DNA from: a virus
DNA length: 64,000 nucleotides
Reading direction: 5' to 3' (one strand)
IMG/VR virus record: IMGVR_UViG_3300030099_006395
Location: 32,001-96,000 of that record
The position numbers and the translations under genes were made by a program. Below are positions 1 to 9,356 of this stretch, in pieces. Under the pieces are notes generated by a model. That model saw only the letters and a program-made list of their open reading frames with translations. It ran no database searches and was not told where the DNA came from. Position 1 is the stretch's first letter, and the number at the start of each line of letters is the position of its first letter.

Positions 1-1
1 A

Positions 2-1390
2 CCGAATAATGTTATATATCAAGTTATTAAAAATTTACTTAATGAAAAGAAAGTAAAACCACATAAAGATACAGAATTATTAAAAAAATTAGGAGCTAAA
101 AAATTACCAGTTGATATAATAAATAATATTGGTAATGGTAAATACAAAGACTCTTTATTATCAGCTGGTTCAGGAAGCACATATAATACCAAAAAGAAAA
201 AATATTCTTTTAATGATTTAAAAAGGGAACTAAATAAAAATGATAAATTATTTATAACAACTTCTGGAACAATATTAAAAGTTAGATCTCAATATGGAGA
301 AAGAATTTGTCAATTAAGTATATCTAAAGCAAAAAATCCAAAAGATACTTATATGGGTCAAATTAGTGTTTTATATAAATTATCTAAATTAAATAAAGTT
401 GATATAGTAAATAAAGTTGCTCCTGGTATCGGATATGAAAAAATGCAAATTAAAAATTTAGATAATCATGTTAGTGAGATGTTAGGTATATCTGGACACA
501 AACCACTACCTTTATTCATAGGTGGAAAAGATACAGGTGTAGATATAGATGGTGGTGCTAAAGTATCTGGTAGTCCAAAAGCTGATTTGGCTTTTGGTAT
601 AAAAGGAAAACCAAACTTTTTTGTCTCATATAAGCATGGAGAATATATAGATTCAAGTGGTAAAGAACTACCGGCTTCATATCAACAATATGGTTCATTA
701 AAAACATTTTATACAAAAGAGTTTAATTCGGCGTTTGAAGATGATATAATAGGAAAAACAACAGATAACTTTCTAAACGATGTAGCTTCTGAAATAAAAA
801 AAGACGCTAGTTTTTTTCCAAATGTAACTGAATTAAAAGAAGTTGATGGGAAAATAACAGTAGTACAAGGTAAAAAAGAAACACCAACAGATTGGAAAGT
901 TGGGTCTGAATTGTGGAAAAGTAATTTTAAGAGGTTTAATAAAATAGTCGGTTCTGGTAAAAATTTATATGTGTTAGATAAATCAGGATGGGCAGTTAGG
1001 AGATCTTTGTTAAAAGTTCCTGGAGGTAAAGATATATCATTATTATCTATTTTTGGTAAAGATTATTCTAGTGGAAAAGGTGGTATAAATAATTGCAATA
1101 TTTTGATGCAAGATTCTGCAGCTTTCACAGTGTCACTAATGACCGATGAAGATGGTAATGGTAAAGGGATTAATTTAGAAGTAAGTAATAAAGGACACAT
1201 AATGTGGAATCCTAAAATGTATGGTGGTAGTGAAAAGTTTCCAAAATTTGCAGAACCATATGAACCACATCTTGTAGCTAGATATACAGGTAATATGAAT
1301 ATAGGTTGGAACTCTGGAAAAGATTATATAATAGGTGCTAGATTATTAGTTATGCCAAAAAGTCAAGTTAGTGGGAAGAAGGATATCTAA
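2..1390 (+). CDS. Hypothetical phage protein, 5'-partial; possible PD-(D/E)xK-like fold
   Basis: Frame is open from position 2 through the annotated 353..1390 ORF; PKADL...FFVSYK resembles a nuclease-type D...xK motif. Confidence 0.5.
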   Translation, partial: PNNVIYQVIKNLLNEKKVKPHKDTELLKKLGAKKLPVDIINNIGNGKYKDSLLSAGSGSTYNTKKKKYSFNDLKRELNKNDKLFITTSGTILKVRSQYGERICQLSISKAKNPKDTYMGQISVLYKLSKLNKVDIVNKVAPGIGYEKMQIKNLDNHVSEMLGISGHKPLPLFIGGKDTGVDIDGGAKVSGSPKADLAFGIKGKPNFFVSYKHGEYIDSSGKELPASYQQYGSLKTFYTKEFNSAFEDDIIGKTTDNFLNDVASEIKKDASFFPNVTELKEVDGKITVVQGKKETPTDWKVGSELWKSNFKRFNKIVGSGKNLYVLDKSGWAVRRSLLKVPGGKDISLLSIFGKDYSSGKGGINNCNILMQDSAAFTVSLMTDEDGNGKGINLEVSNKGHIMWNPKMYGGSEKFPKFAEPYEPHLVARYTGNMNIGWNSGKDYIIGARLLVMPKSQVSGKKDI

Positions 1391-1789
1391 ATGAAATCAC
1401 AACTATTATGTACATTTACAACAAAAGAAAATCTTGATAATACTGTTAAAATAATAATTGATGCATACAGTATTATTTTTAATAAAATATATATTTTACA
1501 AAATGAAAACAATGTAAATGAATTAATTTGTACTTATAATGTGGATACACAAAATGGTGTGGATTACAATAAAGTAAAAGGAACGATTTCACTACATAGA
1601 AAAAAACACTCTAATACATTATATACGATAAACGCTTTAAACGAAGTAATAGCAGAATTAAATAATGGAATAGTAGATAGTAAATTTTTAGTTCCTTGGG
1701 AAAATTTTAAAAATACATTATTAGTTACAAATTCAGATGGTTTAAACAGAATAGATACAAGAATTTTTAAAATAATAAAAATAGATTAG
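1391..1789 (+). CDS. Conserved hypothetical large-phage protein
   Basis: ORF abuts upstream stop; LLCTFT and HRKKxSNTLYTINALN motifs. Confidence 0.6.
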   Translation: MKSQLLCTFTTKENLDNTVKIIIDAYSIIFNKIYILQNENNVNELICTYNVDTQNGVDYNKVKGTISLHRKKHSNTLYTINALNEVIAELNNGIVDSKFLVPWENFKNTLLVTNSDGLNRIDTRIFKIIKID

Positions 1790-1865
1790 TTGTTTTTATA
1801 ATTTCATATATACTTATATATAAATATAAATTCAAAACACTTTAAACTTATAGGAGAAAACGGTT

Positions 1866-2669
1866 ATGTCAAAAGAAGCCAATAAAGATACAAAAAAGTC
1901 ACAAGTGGAAGAAATAAATCCAGAAGTGATTGAAGATGAAGAAGCTGACTCACCTTGGTATTATTTTTATTCACAAGGATGTGGTTGGTGTAAAAAATCA
2001 GAACCAATTGTAGATGAACTTAACAAAAACAGAGAAGAAGGTCAAGAAATATTAAAACTTGATTTAGCAGATCCTGATAATAGAGCACTTAACGAAGAAT
2101 TAAAAAAAGAATATAATATTCAATGTGGAACACCATGGTTTATTAATGAAGCTACTGGTAAAGGTATATGTGGATTCAGAGAAAAAGATATCGTTCAAAA
2201 ATGGTTAGATGGTGAAGATATTCCAGCACCACCTAGACCAAAAGGTCCTATTCCAAAACTTCCATTATTAGAAGCTCCTAAAAAAGAAGTTAATAAATGG
2301 AAAAAAGATTATGAAAAATGGTTAAAAGATAATGATCATTTACCTGATAATCAGAAAAAAAGTGTGGATGATATGTTGGCAATGCCTAGACCAAAAACAG
2401 ACCCACCAAAACCTCCAATGGCTAATATGTCAGATGATGAACTTAATAAATGGGCTGAAGAATATGATGAGTGGGCTAAAGTTAATAGTCATCTTCCAAA
2501 TTTACAACCGTCCAAAGTAATTCTACAGAGAATAAAAGGACAATCCCAACAACAAGCTGTCAATCAAGCACCAGCTATAGACAATGCAAAGTTAAATACA
2601 ATGGATGCTAAAATTCAAGCTCTTGAAGTTAAGATTGATAAAATAATGAGTCATTTTGGGGTAAAGTAA
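1866..2669 (+). CDS. Thioredoxin-fold protein with Pro-rich repeated C-terminal region
   Basis: YFYSQGCGWCKK (CxxC) and GTPWF cis-Pro loop; AGGAGA RBS. Confidence 0.75.
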   Translation: MSKEANKDTKKSQVEEINPEVIEDEEADSPWYYFYSQGCGWCKKSEPIVDELNKNREEGQEILKLDLADPDNRALNEELKKEYNIQCGTPWFINEATGKGICGFREKDIVQKWLDGEDIPAPPRPKGPIPKLPLLEAPKKEVNKWKKDYEKWLKDNDHLPDNQKKSVDDMLAMPRPKTDPPKPPMANMSDDELNKWAEEYDEWAKVNSHLPNLQPSKVILQRIKGQSQQQAVNQAPAIDNAKLNTMDAKIQALEVKIDKIMSHFGVK

Positions 2670-3098
2670 ATGGCAAGAAGGCGATTTAAGCCTAAAGTAA
2701 CTAGAGATAGAGAAGCTACTCAAGAAGAATTAAAGTGTATTGAACAAACAGAAGAGATGTTGGCGGGAGAGAAAAAACTTCCACCAGCATCTCAAATGAT
2801 TCGTGATTTAGCTACCACTCATTGGAAAACTTTGGGTGCATGGTTACGAGGTTCACAAACAATAGCTACTCAAGAAGAAGCTGCACGAAGATGGGCAATT
2901 TGTAAAGAATGTCCTCATCTTCTCTACGATGAAGTAAATCCAGACACCAATAAAAAAGATGGTAGATGTACTCATTGTGGTTGTTTTATGAATGTCAAAG
3001 TTCACTATGCAGTTGCTGATTGTCCTATCAGTAAATGGGAAAAAAAATGTGGATGTAATTCGGATTGTAAATGTGTAGATGGAGATTGTGATGAATAA
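2670..3098 (+). CDS. Cys-rich putative zinc-binding protein
   Basis: R-x3-CxxC...RCxxCGCF...K.....CPxxKW pattern plus Cys-rich tail. Confidence 0.6.
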   Translation: MARRRFKPKVTRDREATQEELKCIEQTEEMLAGEKKLPPASQMIRDLATTHWKTLGAWLRGSQTIATQEEAARRWAICKECPHLLYDEVNPDTNKKDGRCTHCGCFMNVKVHYAVADCPISKWEKKCGCNSDCKCVDGDCDE

Positions 3099-3423
3099 TT
3101 TAACAAAAGAAAAATTAGATACAATATTTAAAGATGGAAAAAATATAAGTGATAAACCAATTTATATAGATTTTTATGCAGATTGGTGAGGTCCTTGTAG
3201 GATGTTTAGTAGTGTACTAGACGAAGTTTCACCTGAATACAATGATAAGGTGAATATGTATAAAGTAGATATAGAAAAGGAAACAGACTTAGCCATAAAA
3301 TTTGGAGCTAGAGCTCTTCCTTACATGGTTTTTATTCCGAAAGAGGGTGAAATAACAGGAACTCCTGGAGCTTTAAGTAAAGACCAATTAAAATATTATT
3401 TGGATGGATTAATTTCTAAATAA
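3091..3423 (+). CDS. trxA: Thioredoxin with in-frame UGA at the nucleophilic Cys (putative selenoprotein, WUGPC)
   Basis: ATG 3091 behind GGAGA reads MNNLTKEKLDTIFKDGKNISDKPIYIDFYADW-TGA(3187-3189)-GPCRMF..., in frame with the 3202..3423 ORF; 110 codons, full thioredoxin length. Confidence 0.88.
3204..3222 (+). promoter_or_regulatory. Candidate bacterial-type SECIS hairpin
   Basis: GTTTAGTA-GTG-TACTAGAC, 8-bp stem with one G.U; G-starting apical loop begins 22 nt after the UGA. Confidence 0.6.
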
Positions 3424-3431
3424 AAAAAACG

Positions 3432-3461
3432 TTGACTTATATATACTTTTTGATATATATT
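3432..3461 (+). promoter_or_regulatory. Sigma70-like promoter for SSB/recA/helicase operon
   Basis: AAAAC-G-TTGACT-N18-TATATT, same motif recurs about 12 times in the window. Confidence 0.75.
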
Positions 3462-3535
3462 ATAGGAAACAGGTTATATGGTTTTAGTAAACCATAAATA
3501 ATAAACGATAAACGATAAAACATAGGAGAATATTC

Positions 3536-4333
3536 ATGGACATGAATGCAATCAAAAACAGGCTAAATCAGCTACAATCAACAACTTCAAATAAAGATAA
3601 CTTTTGGAAACCTGAACCAGGTAAACAAGTAGTTCGTATTGTACCTTATTTACACAACAAAGACAATCCATTTATTGAATTGTTTTTTCACTATAATTTA
3701 GGTAACAATAAAACTTACCTATCACCAGCATCATTTGGTAAACCAGATCCAGTAGCAGAATTTGCTGACAAACTAAAATCAACAGGTAATAAAGACGAAT
3801 GGATTCAAGGTAAAAGACTTGAACCTAAAATGAGAACTTTTGCACCTGTGATTGTTAGAGGTCGTGAATCTGAAGGTGTTAAGTTTTGGGGATTCGGTAA
3901 AACTGTATATCAAGAATTACTTGGTGTAATAGCTGACCCTGATTATGGTGATATTACAGACGCTACCAATGGTAGAGATATCATGATTGAAAGACAGACT
4001 CCTGCTGAGGCTGGAAATCAATATGGTAAAACTACTGTAAGAGTTAAACCTAATCAAACTGCTATGACAGATGATAGTAATTTGATGGAAAGTTTGTTAA
4101 CTAATCAATCTGATTTAACCGAGTTATATACAGAACCATCTTATGATGATTTAAAAGAAGCTCTTCAGAATTATCTAAATCCAAGTGATGATGATACTAC
4201 TGAAACTACTACAACTTCTAATGGTGTAGCAGCTAGTACAGCTCCAACTACAAACACAGGAACTGCAACTACTACAGACACTAAAAAAACAGAAAATGTA
4301 GAAGACGCTTTTGACCAATTATTCAATAGTTAA
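3536..4333 (+). CDS. Single-stranded DNA-binding protein (T4 gp32-like)
   Basis: FWKP, VRIVP, WGFGKTVY, DYGDITD..GRD motifs; acidic tail ending DAFDQLF; upstream of recA. Confidence 0.85.
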   Translation: MDMNAIKNRLNQLQSTTSNKDNFWKPEPGKQVVRIVPYLHNKDNPFIELFFHYNLGNNKTYLSPASFGKPDPVAEFADKLKSTGNKDEWIQGKRLEPKMRTFAPVIVRGRESEGVKFWGFGKTVYQELLGVIADPDYGDITDATNGRDIMIERQTPAEAGNQYGKTTVRVKPNQTAMTDDSNLMESLLTNQSDLTELYTEPSYDDLKEALQNYLNPSDDDTTETTTTSNGVAASTAPTTNTGTATTTDTKKTENVEDAFDQLFNS

Positions 4334-4442
4334 TAAATAACCAAATTGTTAAGAGTGGGATGGAAATTACACAAACCACGATTCCTGTAAAGGTGTATGG
4401 TAGAATCACTCTCCCACTCATAACATCATAAGGAGAACTTAA

Positions 4443-5561
4443 ATGTCAGAAAAAGACAACTTGGCTAGTGTAATAGCTGGTGAATTAAATAAACAATTCA
4501 AACATCAAAAGGTGGCTTATTTTCTTGAAGAAGATGAGAATCCAACAGATGTTACTGATTTTATTTCAACAGGTTCAACGATGTTAGATTTAGCTATTTC
4601 CAATAGACCAAATGGTGGTATTGCCGTAGGTAAAATCACCGAATTAAATGGTTTAGAAGGTAGTGGTAAATCTTTGATAGGTTCTCATCTATTGGCTTCA
4701 ACACAAAAGAAAGATGGTATAGCAGTTTATATAGATACCGAATCAGCAGTATCTCAAGAATTTTTGAGAGCTATTGGTGTGGATACTAAAAATATGTTAT
4801 ATGTACATCTTGAAACTGTTGAAGAGATATTTGATACTATTGAAACAATTGTTACTAAAATCAGAGAATCAAACAAAGATAAGTTAGTTACAATCTTGGT
4901 TGACTCATTAGCAGCTGCTTCTACGAAAGTGGAGATGGATGCTGACTTTGATAAAGATGGTTGGGCAACAGCCAAAGCAATCATCATATCAAAAGCTATG
5001 AGAAAAGTAACACAGATGATAGCACGACAAAAAGTTGCATTGGTTTTCACAAATCAATTACGACAAAAGTTGGGTGTAATGTTTGGAGATCCTTGGACTA
5101 CTTCAGGTGGTAAGGCTCTACCATTTCATTCATCAACTCGTGTTAGATTCAAAAACGCAGGACAAATCAAAGATGGTAGTAAGAATACTATCGGTATTAA
5201 GATAAAAGGACAAGTGATTAAGAATCGTCTTGGTCCTCCAATGAGAACTGCAGAGTTTCCATTATATTTTGATACAGGTATTGCCGACTACGATAGTTGG
5301 TTAACTGTGATGAAAGAACATAAAATCTGTAAAGTTGGTGGTTCGTGGTATACATTACCACAAGTTGATACTGAAACTGGTGAATTAATTAAAGAACACA
5401 AATTTCAATCAAAAGATTTTGAAGAATTAATGAATACTAATGATGAATTAAGAGAGTATTGTTATCAACAAATCTGTGAAGCTTGTATTCTTAAATATGA
5501 TTCTAAAGAATTAGGTATTGATGATGTAGAAGAAACTGATGAGGTAGTAGATGAACTCTAA
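4443..5561 (+). CDS. uvsX: RecA/UvsX recombinase
   Basis: ISTGS..LDLA, Walker A GLEGSGKS, YIDTE, VDSLAA, NQLR, TSGGKALPF. Confidence 0.95.
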   Translation: MSEKDNLASVIAGELNKQFKHQKVAYFLEEDENPTDVTDFISTGSTMLDLAISNRPNGGIAVGKITELNGLEGSGKSLIGSHLLASTQKKDGIAVYIDTESAVSQEFLRAIGVDTKNMLYVHLETVEEIFDTIETIVTKIRESNKDKLVTILVDSLAAASTKVEMDADFDKDGWATAKAIIISKAMRKVTQMIARQKVALVFTNQLRQKLGVMFGDPWTTSGGKALPFHSSTRVRFKNAGQIKDGSKNTIGIKIKGQVIKNRLGPPMRTAEFPLYFDTGIADYDSWLTVMKEHKICKVGGSWYTLPQVDTETGELIKEHKFQSKDFEELMNTNDELREYCYQQICEACILKYDSKELGIDDVEETDEVVDEL

Positions 5562-6615
5562 AAAAGACTTAAATGAAAAATTTATATCTTTCTTGGATAA
5601 AACTAAAAACAATGAAAAAAAATCAGTAACACATCTGAATGACAGAGTATTGATTGTAGACGGCCTGAATACATTTATCAGGTCGTTTGCAGTTAATCCT
5701 GCTATTAATGAAGATGGATTGCACATTGGTGGTATGATGGGTTTTTTAAAATCATTGAGATATACATCAGACATTTTAAAGCCGTCAAGAGTTATTGTTG
5801 TGTTCGATGGAAAAAATGGTAGTGGTAGGAGACAGAAAATATATCCAGAATACAAATCAACTCGCAAAGTTAAGCGTAGGTTGAATCGTAATGTGGATTG
5901 GGGTACAGCTCCACAAGATGAACAACAATCTATGAAACAGCAAATGGGTAGATTGATTGAGTATTTAGAACAACTACCTTTGACTTTAATTTGTGTAGAT
6001 GGGATAGAGGCTGATGATACAATGGCTTATATATCTCAACAAGTGCTTAAAGATAGTGATATATTTATAATGTCTACAGATAAAGATTTTATTCAATTAG
6101 TAGACGATAGAGTAAAAATTTGGTCACCAACAAAAAAGAAACTTTATGATAAGAATAAAGTATTTGAAGAATATGGTATACATTCACATAACATGTTAAC
6201 TTATAGAATACTAGATGGTGACAAGTCAGATAACATAGATGGAATAAAAGGTGCAGGACTTAAAACTCTAAAAAAATTCTGCCCACAATTTTCTTCTATA
6301 GAAAAATTTACAGCTAAAGATTTATTAGAATTTGTAGAAAAATCAGATTCTAAAATAAAACTGTTGGAAAATATAAAAAAAAGTAGTAATATTGTTAAAC
6401 GAAATTATTTACTAATGCAATTAAACAATGTAGACATACCAAACCACACTAAAATGAAAATACAAGGAGCTGTGAATGGTGATGTTCCGCAACTAATTAA
6501 GTATAAATTTCAAACAATGTTTTTAAAGGATAAATTAACATCTGCTATTCCTAATCTTGATTCTTGGATTATGGAGTTTACCAGATTAGATAGATTTAGA
6601 GGATTGAATGGATAA
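5551..6615 (+). CDS. 5'-3' exonuclease / T4 RNase H-like flap endonuclease
   Basis: LIVDGLN, VFDG, YK..R, EADD, STDKDF.QL, GDKSDNI.GIKGAG.KT. Confidence 0.93.
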   Translation: MNSKKDLNEKFISFLDKTKNNEKKSVTHLNDRVLIVDGLNTFIRSFAVNPAINEDGLHIGGMMGFLKSLRYTSDILKPSRVIVVFDGKNGSGRRQKIYPEYKSTRKVKRRLNRNVDWGTAPQDEQQSMKQQMGRLIEYLEQLPLTLICVDGIEADDTMAYISQQVLKDSDIFIMSTDKDFIQLVDDRVKIWSPTKKKLYDKNKVFEEYGIHSHNMLTYRILDGDKSDNIDGIKGAGLKTLKKFCPQFSSIEKFTAKDLLEFVEKSDSKIKLLENIKKSSNIVKRNYLLMQLNNVDIPNHTKMKIQGAVNGDVPQLIKYKFQTMFLKDKLTSAIPNLDSWIMEFTRLDRFRGLNG

Positions 6616-7960
6616 ACTAAATGAATTTGGACACACATTTCAGATAAAATCAATTGCTAGTTTGATGAAGAATCAAACATTTCTTGAACAGATACATGAT
6701 ATATTAGATGATAAACACTATGACAGTGATTCTTTAAAATGGTTAGTAAAGGAATGTAAAAAATATTATGATGAATACAGAAAGTGTATTACACTTGATG
6801 TATTTAAAGTTAAAACACAAGAAGTTGAAAATGATATTCTAAAAGTAGCTATTGTAGAAAATTTAAAAGAAGTATTTAAACACATAGAATCACCTGATTT
6901 AGAATTTGTACAAGATAAAGCACTTGATTTTTTTAAAAATCAAACTTTAAAAAATGCAATTTTAGAATCGGTTGAAATTATGGAATCAAAAGGTGATTAT
7001 GATATAATCAAGAGATTGGTGGATGACGCTTTAAATGCTGGTACGGAAAGAAATATAGGACACGAATACATTGAGCACATTGAAGATAGATATTCAGAAA
7101 CAGCTCGTGAAACTGTATCTACTGGTTGGGAAGTGATTGATGAATTAACTCAAGGTGGTTTAGGTGGTGGTGAACTTGGTGTGATTGTAGCACCTGCTGG
7201 TGTTGGTAAGACTTGGGTATTAGCTGCGATTGGTGCTAACGCAATGAAGAAAGGAAAACATATAGTTCATTATTCACTTGAGTTAAATGAATCTTATGTA
7301 GGTTTAAGATATGATAGTATCTTCACAGGTATTGCAAATCAAAACTTAAAGTTTCACAAAGAAGATGTACAAAGTGAAATGGATAAATTAAAAGGTGATT
7401 TGGTGATTAAATATTATCCAACTAAAACTGCTAGTGTGAATACCTTATCAGCACATTTGAAACGAATTACAACATTAGGAACTCAAGTTGATATGGTAGT
7501 TGTAGATTACGCTGACATACTTAAAGATACAGGCACTGCAAGAGAAGTAAGACACGCACTTGGAAACATCTATGAAGACTTGAGAGGATTGGCTGGTGAG
7601 TTTCAAATACCTGTTTGGACGGCTTCACAAGCTAATCGTTCAGCATTAGATGAAGATGTGATTGAGGCACAGAAAGTATCTGAATCATATCAAAAGATTA
7701 TGACAGCAGATTTTGTAATGTCATTAAGTAGAAAAGTAGAAGATAAGATTGGTAACACAGGTAGATTTCATGTAATCAAAAACAGATTCGGACCTGATGG
7801 TATTACTTATCCTGCTAAAGTAAATACTAATACTGGTAAAATGGAGATATATGAATCATCATCTGTCGGTGGACAAGAACAACAACAAAAAATTGATAAT
7901 CGTGACAACATCATGAAAAAAATGTTATCTAATAGATATGAAGATTTGATGAATGAATAA
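6608..7960 (+). CDS. Replicative DnaB/gp41-like helicase
   Basis: APAGVGKT Walker A, SLEL, VVVDYAD, WTASQANR, KNRFG. Confidence 0.93.
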   Translation: MDKLNEFGHTFQIKSIASLMKNQTFLEQIHDILDDKHYDSDSLKWLVKECKKYYDEYRKCITLDVFKVKTQEVENDILKVAIVENLKEVFKHIESPDLEFVQDKALDFFKNQTLKNAILESVEIMESKGDYDIIKRLVDDALNAGTERNIGHEYIEHIEDRYSETARETVSTGWEVIDELTQGGLGGGELGVIVAPAGVGKTWVLAAIGANAMKKGKHIVHYSLELNESYVGLRYDSIFTGIANQNLKFHKEDVQSEMDKLKGDLVIKYYPTKTASVNTLSAHLKRITTLGTQVDMVVVDYADILKDTGTAREVRHALGNIYEDLRGLAGEFQIPVWTASQANRSALDEDVIEAQKVSESYQKIMTADFVMSLSRKVEDKIGNTGRFHVIKNRFGPDGITYPAKVNTNTGKMEIYESSSVGGQEQQQKIDNRDNIMKKMLSNRYEDLMNE

Positions 7961-8213
7961 GATATTACATTTAAACTTATACAGGAAGTATTTTGATGAA
8001 ATAGCTAATGGAACTAAAACTATTGAATACAGAGATAGAACTGATTATTGGAAAAAAAGAATAGAACATAAAGAATATGATGTTATAAAATTCAGAAATG
8101 GTTACGCTAAAAATGCACCAACTATGTTAGTTGAATATAAAGGTTGGGATGTAAATGAAGATGGTGAATATGAATTGTATTTAGGAAAAATAATAGAGGT
8201 AAATTATGAGTGA
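7953..8213 (+). CDS. ASCH domain protein
   Basis: YFDEIANGTKTIEYR (G.K..E.R ASCH motif). Confidence 0.8.
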   Translation: MNKILHLNLYRKYFDEIANGTKTIEYRDRTDYWKKRIEHKEYDVIKFRNGYAKNAPTMLVEYKGWDVNEDGEYELYLGKIIEVNYE

Positions 8214-8343
8214 AGATTATTGGGATACACATTATCCAACACATATAGAAGTACCAGAAGGTTATTGGACAATAACTACTACTATTGTTGAAGAATATAA
8301 CCCAAATAAATATTGGCACAATAAGGAAGATAATGAAAATTAA
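8206..8343 (+). CDS. Small hypothetical protein (45 aa, not in ORF track)
   Basis: GAGG RBS, ATG 8206, TAA 8341-8343; fills the gap between neighbours. Confidence 0.45.
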   Translation: MSEDYWDTHYPTHIEVPEGYWTITTTIVEEYNPNKYWHNKEDNEN

Positions 8344-8674
8344 ATTAGATAAAACAGATAGTAAAGTAATACATTCAAATGAAACATATGATGTTATAGA
8401 TAATACAAATCTAAATAATCTTATAGTTTCAAAAACTATATTACATGAGGGAAAAGAAACTGGTGGTCACAATCACAAAGGACAAGAAGAAGTTTATATA
8501 TTTACAGAGGGTTCTGGTGTGATGCAAATAGATGATGAAAAGTTTTTAGTTACGAAAGGTGATATAGTATTAATACCAGATGGAGCATTCCATAAAGTAT
8601 TTAACACAAGTAACTATAAGGCAAACAATCCTTTAATATTTGTATGTGTATTTGATGGTGGGAGAAATCATTAA
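8333..8674 (+). CDS. Cupin domain protein
   Basis: GHNH..QEEVYIF..G.G and GDIVLIP.GAFH motifs; ATG 8333 follows AAGGAAG. Confidence 0.85.
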   Translation: MKIKLDKTDSKVIHSNETYDVIDNTNLNNLIVSKTILHEGKETGGHNHKGQEEVYIFTEGSGVMQIDDEKFLVTKGDIVLIPDGAFHKVFNTSNYKANNPLIFVCVFDGGRNH

Positions 8675-9299
8675 AGTATCTGATTTTATAATAGAACCTG
8701 TACCTCGTAGTGCTATTCAATCATTTGTACATAAATGGCATTATTCACATGATACTAATGGTGTACAACAAACACAATGTTTTGCTTTGTTTGATGACAA
8801 TAGAATGATAGGTGCTATGATATATGCTTTACCATCCATGAAATCAACAGCAGCAAAATATAATCCAGATAATCCTGATAGGTGTTGGGAGTTACGAAGA
8901 TTATGTTGTATTGATGATACACCAACAAACACAGAAAGTTATTTTATAGGGCAGACTTTAAGGTGGATAAGACAAAATACTGATATAGAAGTTATTGTAT
9001 CTTATGCTGATTTAGAACAAGGGCATGAAGGAGTCATTTATAAAGCCACTAACTTTCATTATTTAGGCCAAAGTGGTGGTGGTAGAAATTTAATGGTAGA
9101 TGGAAAAAAGTTTCACGCTAGGTCTTTAAATCAAAAAGAAAAACCCTATGGTAGGGATTTAAAAAGAAGATGGGAAAACAAAGAGGGGCATAGTTTTTGG
9201 GATTCAAAACAAGATATGTATTTTGTAAATACAAAACCAAAAAATATCTATGTTTATTACTTAAATAAAAAAATAAAAAAGAAATTACTTAAAAAATGA
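8655..9299 (+). CDS. Mom-like GNAT-fold DNA-modification protein (copy 1)
   Basis: HYSH, WELRRL, NTESYFI, VSYAD..QGH.G.IYKATNF; start uncertain (8640-8676). Confidence 0.8.
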   Translation: MVGEIIKVSDFIIEPVPRSAIQSFVHKWHYSHDTNGVQQTQCFALFDDNRMIGAMIYALPSMKSTAAKYNPDNPDRCWELRRLCCIDDTPTNTESYFIGQTLRWIRQNTDIEVIVSYADLEQGHEGVIYKATNFHYLGQSGGGRNLMVDGKKFHARSLNQKEKPYGRDLKRRWENKEGHSFWDSKQDMYFVNTKPKNIYVYYLNKKIKKKLLKK

Positions 9300-9356
9300 T
9301 ATTTATAAATGTCCAACCAAAAGGTTGTATTTTAAACTCAAGGAGAAAAAATAAAA

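Noticed and set aside
3187-3189. Genome-wide UGA reassignment (code 4 or 25)
   Set aside because: TGA ends other genes with ATGA overlaps (13535, 18796, 19203), long genes are not fragmented, and the codon sits on a catalytic Cys position
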